Below are positions 59,441 to 64,000 of a stretch of 64,000 nucleotides of DNA, in pieces (within the stretch, counting starts at the first letter, position 1; every line of letters starts with the position of its first letter). The DNA comes from Salpingoeca rosetta (Eukaryota; Protista; Choanoflagellata): contig JAWQFM010000016.1 in the NCBI GenBank assembly GCA_033442325.1, positions 542,859 through 606,858 on the forward strand. The letters run 5' to 3'. The notes under the pieces are model-generated. The model did no database searches, was not told where the DNA came from, and saw only the letters and a list, made by a program, of their open reading frames with translations. Made by a program: the position numbers and the translations under genes.

Positions 59441-59989
59441 TGCACATAACAGCTTACTTCTCGTCCATGAAGACGTGGAAGACATCGTGGCTGTTGCCGT
59501 CGTCCTTCTTCACACGGTGGTGCATGGAAAGCTCCAAGTCAAACAGTTGCCGAGCACATGCTTCGAGGGCGCCCATCATGAAGTTGGAGAGGCCGGCGTT
59601 GCTGCTGTAGTAGTGGATGGAGAGGGAGCCATCATCGTTGCGGACGGGCCGCACAGAGGGCGCGCGCATCTTGGGGAAGGAAGGGAGGAACGACTCGTGG
59701 AGGCTGTCCAGGTTGCCGAGCATGGTGTAGAAGTCATCGCCGAGGGTGCGGAGGGCGTCACCGTAGCCGCTCTCCAGAAGACCGAAGAGGAAGCAGCGCC
59801 CAGCGTGATACTTGCAGTCCTCGATTGTGTGCCCCGTGACCTTGGCGATGGCTCCGAGAAAGGCGGTTGTCTGCTCGTCGGTGTAGAAGCGAAAGAAGTC
59901 GTCAGCACTGCCAGCAAAGTTGACCTCGGCCAGCACCATCGTCATCAAGGTTTCACCATCTGGAAGGGACTGCACCCAAGCGGCGAGGG

Positions 59990-60077
<88 letters not shown>

Positions 60078-60236
60078 CATATGCGATAAGAAACGACATT
60101 CAATCAAACCAGGCAAGTCATTGGTTGCTTGCTTGCAGCGTGGCGCTCTTATCACGCACACAAGCAGACACGCGCAAATGCACAGACACGCGCAGGCACA
60201 CGTAGATTGCCTGACCTTGTGGAGGGTTCCATACAT
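57034..60236 (-). CDS. Soluble guanylyl cyclase paralogue B (H-NOX, PAS/HNOBA, coiled coil, class III cyclase)
   Basis: MYGTLHK| start; same domain motifs as paralogue A; catalytic exons nearly identical at the nucleotide level. Confidence 0.95.
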
Positions 60237-60968
60237 GTTGGAAGAAAGTCGCCGAGTTGTCGAGTTGGATTTGTGGGATTCGGCTCTGCTTGTAGCTTGT
60301 GTTGAATGAATCTGAGAATGTGCTCAAATGGCTGTGATGCGATTGGGGGTTTCGATGTGTGCGGAAGTCGGTTGGTTGGTGGCGGGCGTGTGCCGCTCTC
60401 CTCGGTTTTGTTGCTTGGGTGTTGCTTGAGGCCGTCAAGAAGAGAGGTAGCTTGCTGCCTTGATGGTGTTTAGGGTCTCGGTCGGTTGGTAAGTGGGGAA
60501 ATGAGCCAAGGGCACGCGTGCATACAGCAGCTGCACGCCATGGTGACTGAGCGATGTCGTGTGTGAACATCGAGGAAGAGAAGGCGGTGGAAGAGAGCGA
60601 TGGCGCTCGAGGGACGCCTGCCACCTAAATCAACCAACACAACGCCAAAACAAAGCGTGCAGCACGCGGCGGCGCAGGATGTCAAACAAGAACGGCTGCG
60701 CGGCGGCGTGTGTGGGGATGTGTGACATGTGACGGCGCGTTGGGGGATTCGTCAAGTAAGCGTTCCTGCTTGCTTGTGTGTGCCCTTCACCCAAGCACTG
60801 TCGCCAACCAAAGCGACATGCACCCCAACCCGCCAGCACGCAAGCACTCGGCCACTGGTCAGTCGCTTGCGTCATCGTGGAGCTTGGGTGTTTGTCAGGG
60901 CGAAAATCATTTAATGTTTTGCATAAATTGTCTGACAAGGGCAGGTTTTCGCTGACCAAGCGATGGCG

Positions 60969-62316
60969 TCATGGGTTGTCACGTTGGTGGAAAGCGTTGG
61001 CAAACAGCGCGAGGCATGCTTGAATGGCCTTGTGATGCAAGACATCCGGCACGCACATGCGCGCTTGGAACACACCTCCGCCCGTACGTGGCGGCGACAG
61101 CGTGTCGAGACGCGCGAGTTGACGTAAGCGATGCGTGGCGTGAGTGGTTGGTGGTTGGTGTGGATGGAGGCAGTGACAGGCCGAGTGCGTGTTGTTGTTG
61201 TTGGTGGTGGTGTTGTTGGTGTTGGTGGTGGTGGTGGAGGTGGGTGTTCGGGGAAACAGTTGCGGAACAGCATTGCAAACATGACGACAGAGGCAGCACA
61301 CGCGCGTGTACCTTCTGTGCTTGCGCTGGGTTCAGTGCCTCGGATGACGGCAATGGCACGCAGTGCTGCTTCAGCGGATTCCCCAACCGTCTGTGCTGCA
61401 ACAAAGAATTTGGCCGTCCACAGGGTCACTTTCTCTCCCTGAGGGGGGGGGGGGGGGTTGACGTCATGATTCTTGGAAATGAGAGATGGATGTCGGATGA
61501 ATGATGACATGTCGCAAACAACAACGGTGCGATGATGACAACAGCACGTGCATTCAAACAAGAGGACTAGAGGCAGGGAAAGTGCAACGGAGCGCGCGCG
61601 CGCGTGTGTGCGCGTAACGGGATGTTGCGCACAGACAAGACAAGGACAGACAGACAAGACACACACACACATGTATGTGTAAATACATACATATATACAC
61701 AGACACACAGACACACAGACACACATACGTACACACACACACACACGCAGACAGATACACAGCCACACACACGTACCTGTTGTGCGGTGGGCCAGATGTC
61801 AGCCAGGGTGAGCCCCATGCGCTCGAGTGCAGTGGCGAGGGGAACGCCACAGACGCGAAGCGACTGCCCGGCCTCTTCCCTCACTGCACCATCCTTGAAA
61901 CTCTCATCCACACCTGGCATTTGTGGTGTGTGTGTGTGTGCATGTGTGTATGTGTGTGTGCATGTGTGTGTGTGCGCGCGCAGCCAGAGTCAGGGATCAA
62001 GGCGAGCCATTGTGGGCGCGCACGCCGTTGTGGTTTGGGTAAGCGCAGAGTGTGAACATGGTCGAGTACGCACCAAGGAAGAGCGTGACGAAGGTGCCAT
62101 CATCGAGAGCCGCGGTGTGCAGCAGGGTCCGGTCAGGTACTTGCACGGGCGTCTGGTGCCCGCCAAACAGGCAAAACAATGAGGTGAGTCATTCAGCACT
62201 CACGAAATCTGAGTCGTGTGATGTTAGCGGTCACAGTTGTCAACGTGTACAGACACAGACATATGTATATATACGCACACACACACACACACACAAACAC
62301 AGATACACACACACAG

Positions 62317-62354
<38 letters not shown>

Positions 62355-62634
62355 GTAGAAGGAGAGAAGCGCCTTTGCAGTGGTCCTGAGGTGAACACAA
62401 CACCACACGCGATGAAGGGGACATGTGTCACGTACGATTTGAGTGAAGACGTACAAACGGAGGCGTGTGAGTGAGTGATCGTGTGTGTGTATATATGTGC
62501 GTGTGTGCGTGTGCGTGAACGTGCGTTCAGTGGACAACTTCACAACAAGTGCAGGTCAAGCAGCGTGCTAGCCTCAGTGGCTCATGCGTGCGCACGTGTC
62601 AAAGTAAAAGGCGCTGTCCGTGTACACCTGTCAG

Positions 62635-62710
<76 letters not shown>

Positions 62711-63011
62711 AATCAAACGATAAGAAACACGACGGTGCGATGGTGAAAGGGCACATGTGAGAAGAACAACCCATGAAGAACACAGTGCAGTGTTACGTAA
62801 TGTGAGTGTGATGTGACAGCCGTCCCCCTCCCCTCACAGTATGATGCGAGCTCAGGGAAACAGGAGCGAACGAACCATGTTCGTTCCCGGAATCACGGCG
62901 CCTGTGCTGCGCATTCGATCCACCGATGGTTTGTGGAGGAAGCGCGAGCACGTGGCAAGCTGGCACAGTGGCGCACGCGTGGATTCTGGGGCTGCATCCT
63001 CTTCAGCCCCC

Positions 63012-63107
<96 letters not shown>

Positions 63108-63716
63108 GGAGCGGAAAAGAGGCGAGATGATCGCGCCTGTTCTCTGTCATCGTCTGATAGGACAAACACGCCGTGTGTTGTGCCTGGCGGAATGCGTGCG
63201 TGCGCGCGCGTGTTAGGGCTGTGCTGCTGATTCGATGGCACTANNNNNNNNNNNNNNNNNNNNNNNNNNNNNNNNNNNNNNNNNNNNNNNNNNNNNNNNN
63301 NNNNNNNNNNNNNNNNNNNNNNNNNNNNNNNNNNNNNNNNNNNNNNNNNNNNNNNNNNNNNNNNNNNNNNNNNNNNNNNNNNNNNNNNNNNNNNNNNNNN
63401 NNNNNNNNNNNNNNNNNNNNNNNNNNNNNNNNNNNNNNNNNNNNNNNNNNNNNNNNNNNNNNNNNNNNNNNNNNNNNNNNNNNNNNNNNNNNNNNNNNNN
63501 NNNNNNNNNNNNNNNNNNNNNNNNNNNNNNNNNNNNNNNNNNNNNNNNNNNNNNNNNNNNNNNNNNNNNNNNNNNNNNNNNNNNNNNNNNNNNNNNNNNN
63601 NNNNNNNNNNNNNNNNNNNNNNNNNNNNNNNNNNNNNNNNNNNNNNNNNNNNNNNNNNNNNNNNNNNNNNNNNNNNNNNNNNNNNNNNNNNNNNNNNNNN
63701 NNNNNNNNNNNNNNNN

Positions 63717-63815
<99 letters not shown>

Positions 63816-64000
63816 ACGCACACACACCGATAGAGAGGGAGGATGGATGGCCAAGCGCTGTGAATCCTGGGCGGGTAAAGGAGAGGTTCTCATCTGCAAC
63901 GATCATCTCAATCGAGTCTGCAGCGGCAACAAAGACCTGGTGCCATCACCAAAAGCGGATGCTGTGAGGCACGAGGAGCTGTGTGGACGTGGTGCCACAC
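60969..64000 (-). CDS. FPGT: Fucose-1-phosphate guanylyltransferase (GDP-L-fucose pyrophosphorylase)-like, 5' part beyond the window end, multi-exon
   Basis: Spliced segments MAPGLFVAAADSIEM..FTRPGFTALGHPSSLSI|GTTHGVFVL, CSRFLHKPSVDRM, VPDRTLLHTAAL..FVTLFL|GVDE, TLWTAKFF match recalled FPGT/fucokinase-N motifs; probable last exon ARMCVPDVLHHKAI ends at 60969. The middle exons are uncertain. Confidence 0.82.
63012..63106 (-). repeat. (CAA)n poly-Q tract (~30 Gln) inside an FPGT exon
   Basis: (TTG)n on the + strand, in frame between GVFVL and CSRFLHKP. Confidence 0.85.

Overview
Gene-dense, intron-rich eukaryotic DNA in which most introns contain (TG)n/(CA)n microsatellites and proteins carry poly-Q tracts. 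The style suggests a choanoflagellate such as Salpingoeca (inference only). Most entries in the ORF track are microsatellite artefacts. Manual splicing supports about 13 genes, in order: a 3'-truncated spliced IS630/Tc1-mariner-type DDE transposase with a poly-Q insertion (-); an S28 prolyl carboxypeptidase (+); a small Pro/Gln/Tyr-rich protein (-); a 19-kb SMG1 PIKK kinase (-); a frameshifted secreted coiled-coil/beta-propeller protein (+); a flavin amine oxidase (-); ALG6 (+); an HflX/GTPBP6 GTPase (-); a PD-(D/E)xK nuclease-plus-kinase protein resembling Crinkler/RHS-type effectors (+); an internally duplicated bacterial-type UxaA/GarD sugar-acid dehydratase with about 20 introns (+); two tandem H-NOX soluble guanylyl cyclases (-); and a 5'-truncated fucose-1-phosphate guanylyltransferase (-). 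The main leads are the sGC pair (altered YxSxR heme motif, conserved GCPF and RKAS motifs, mosaic homogenisation, a precise intron difference), the nuclease-kinase fusion, the complementary motif loss in the duplicated dehydratase, the spliced poly-Q transposase, and complementary TG/CA repeats in introns whose acceptors lack polypyrimidine tracts. There are four assembly gaps (14621-15510, 43599-43762, 46244-46360, 63244-63716).
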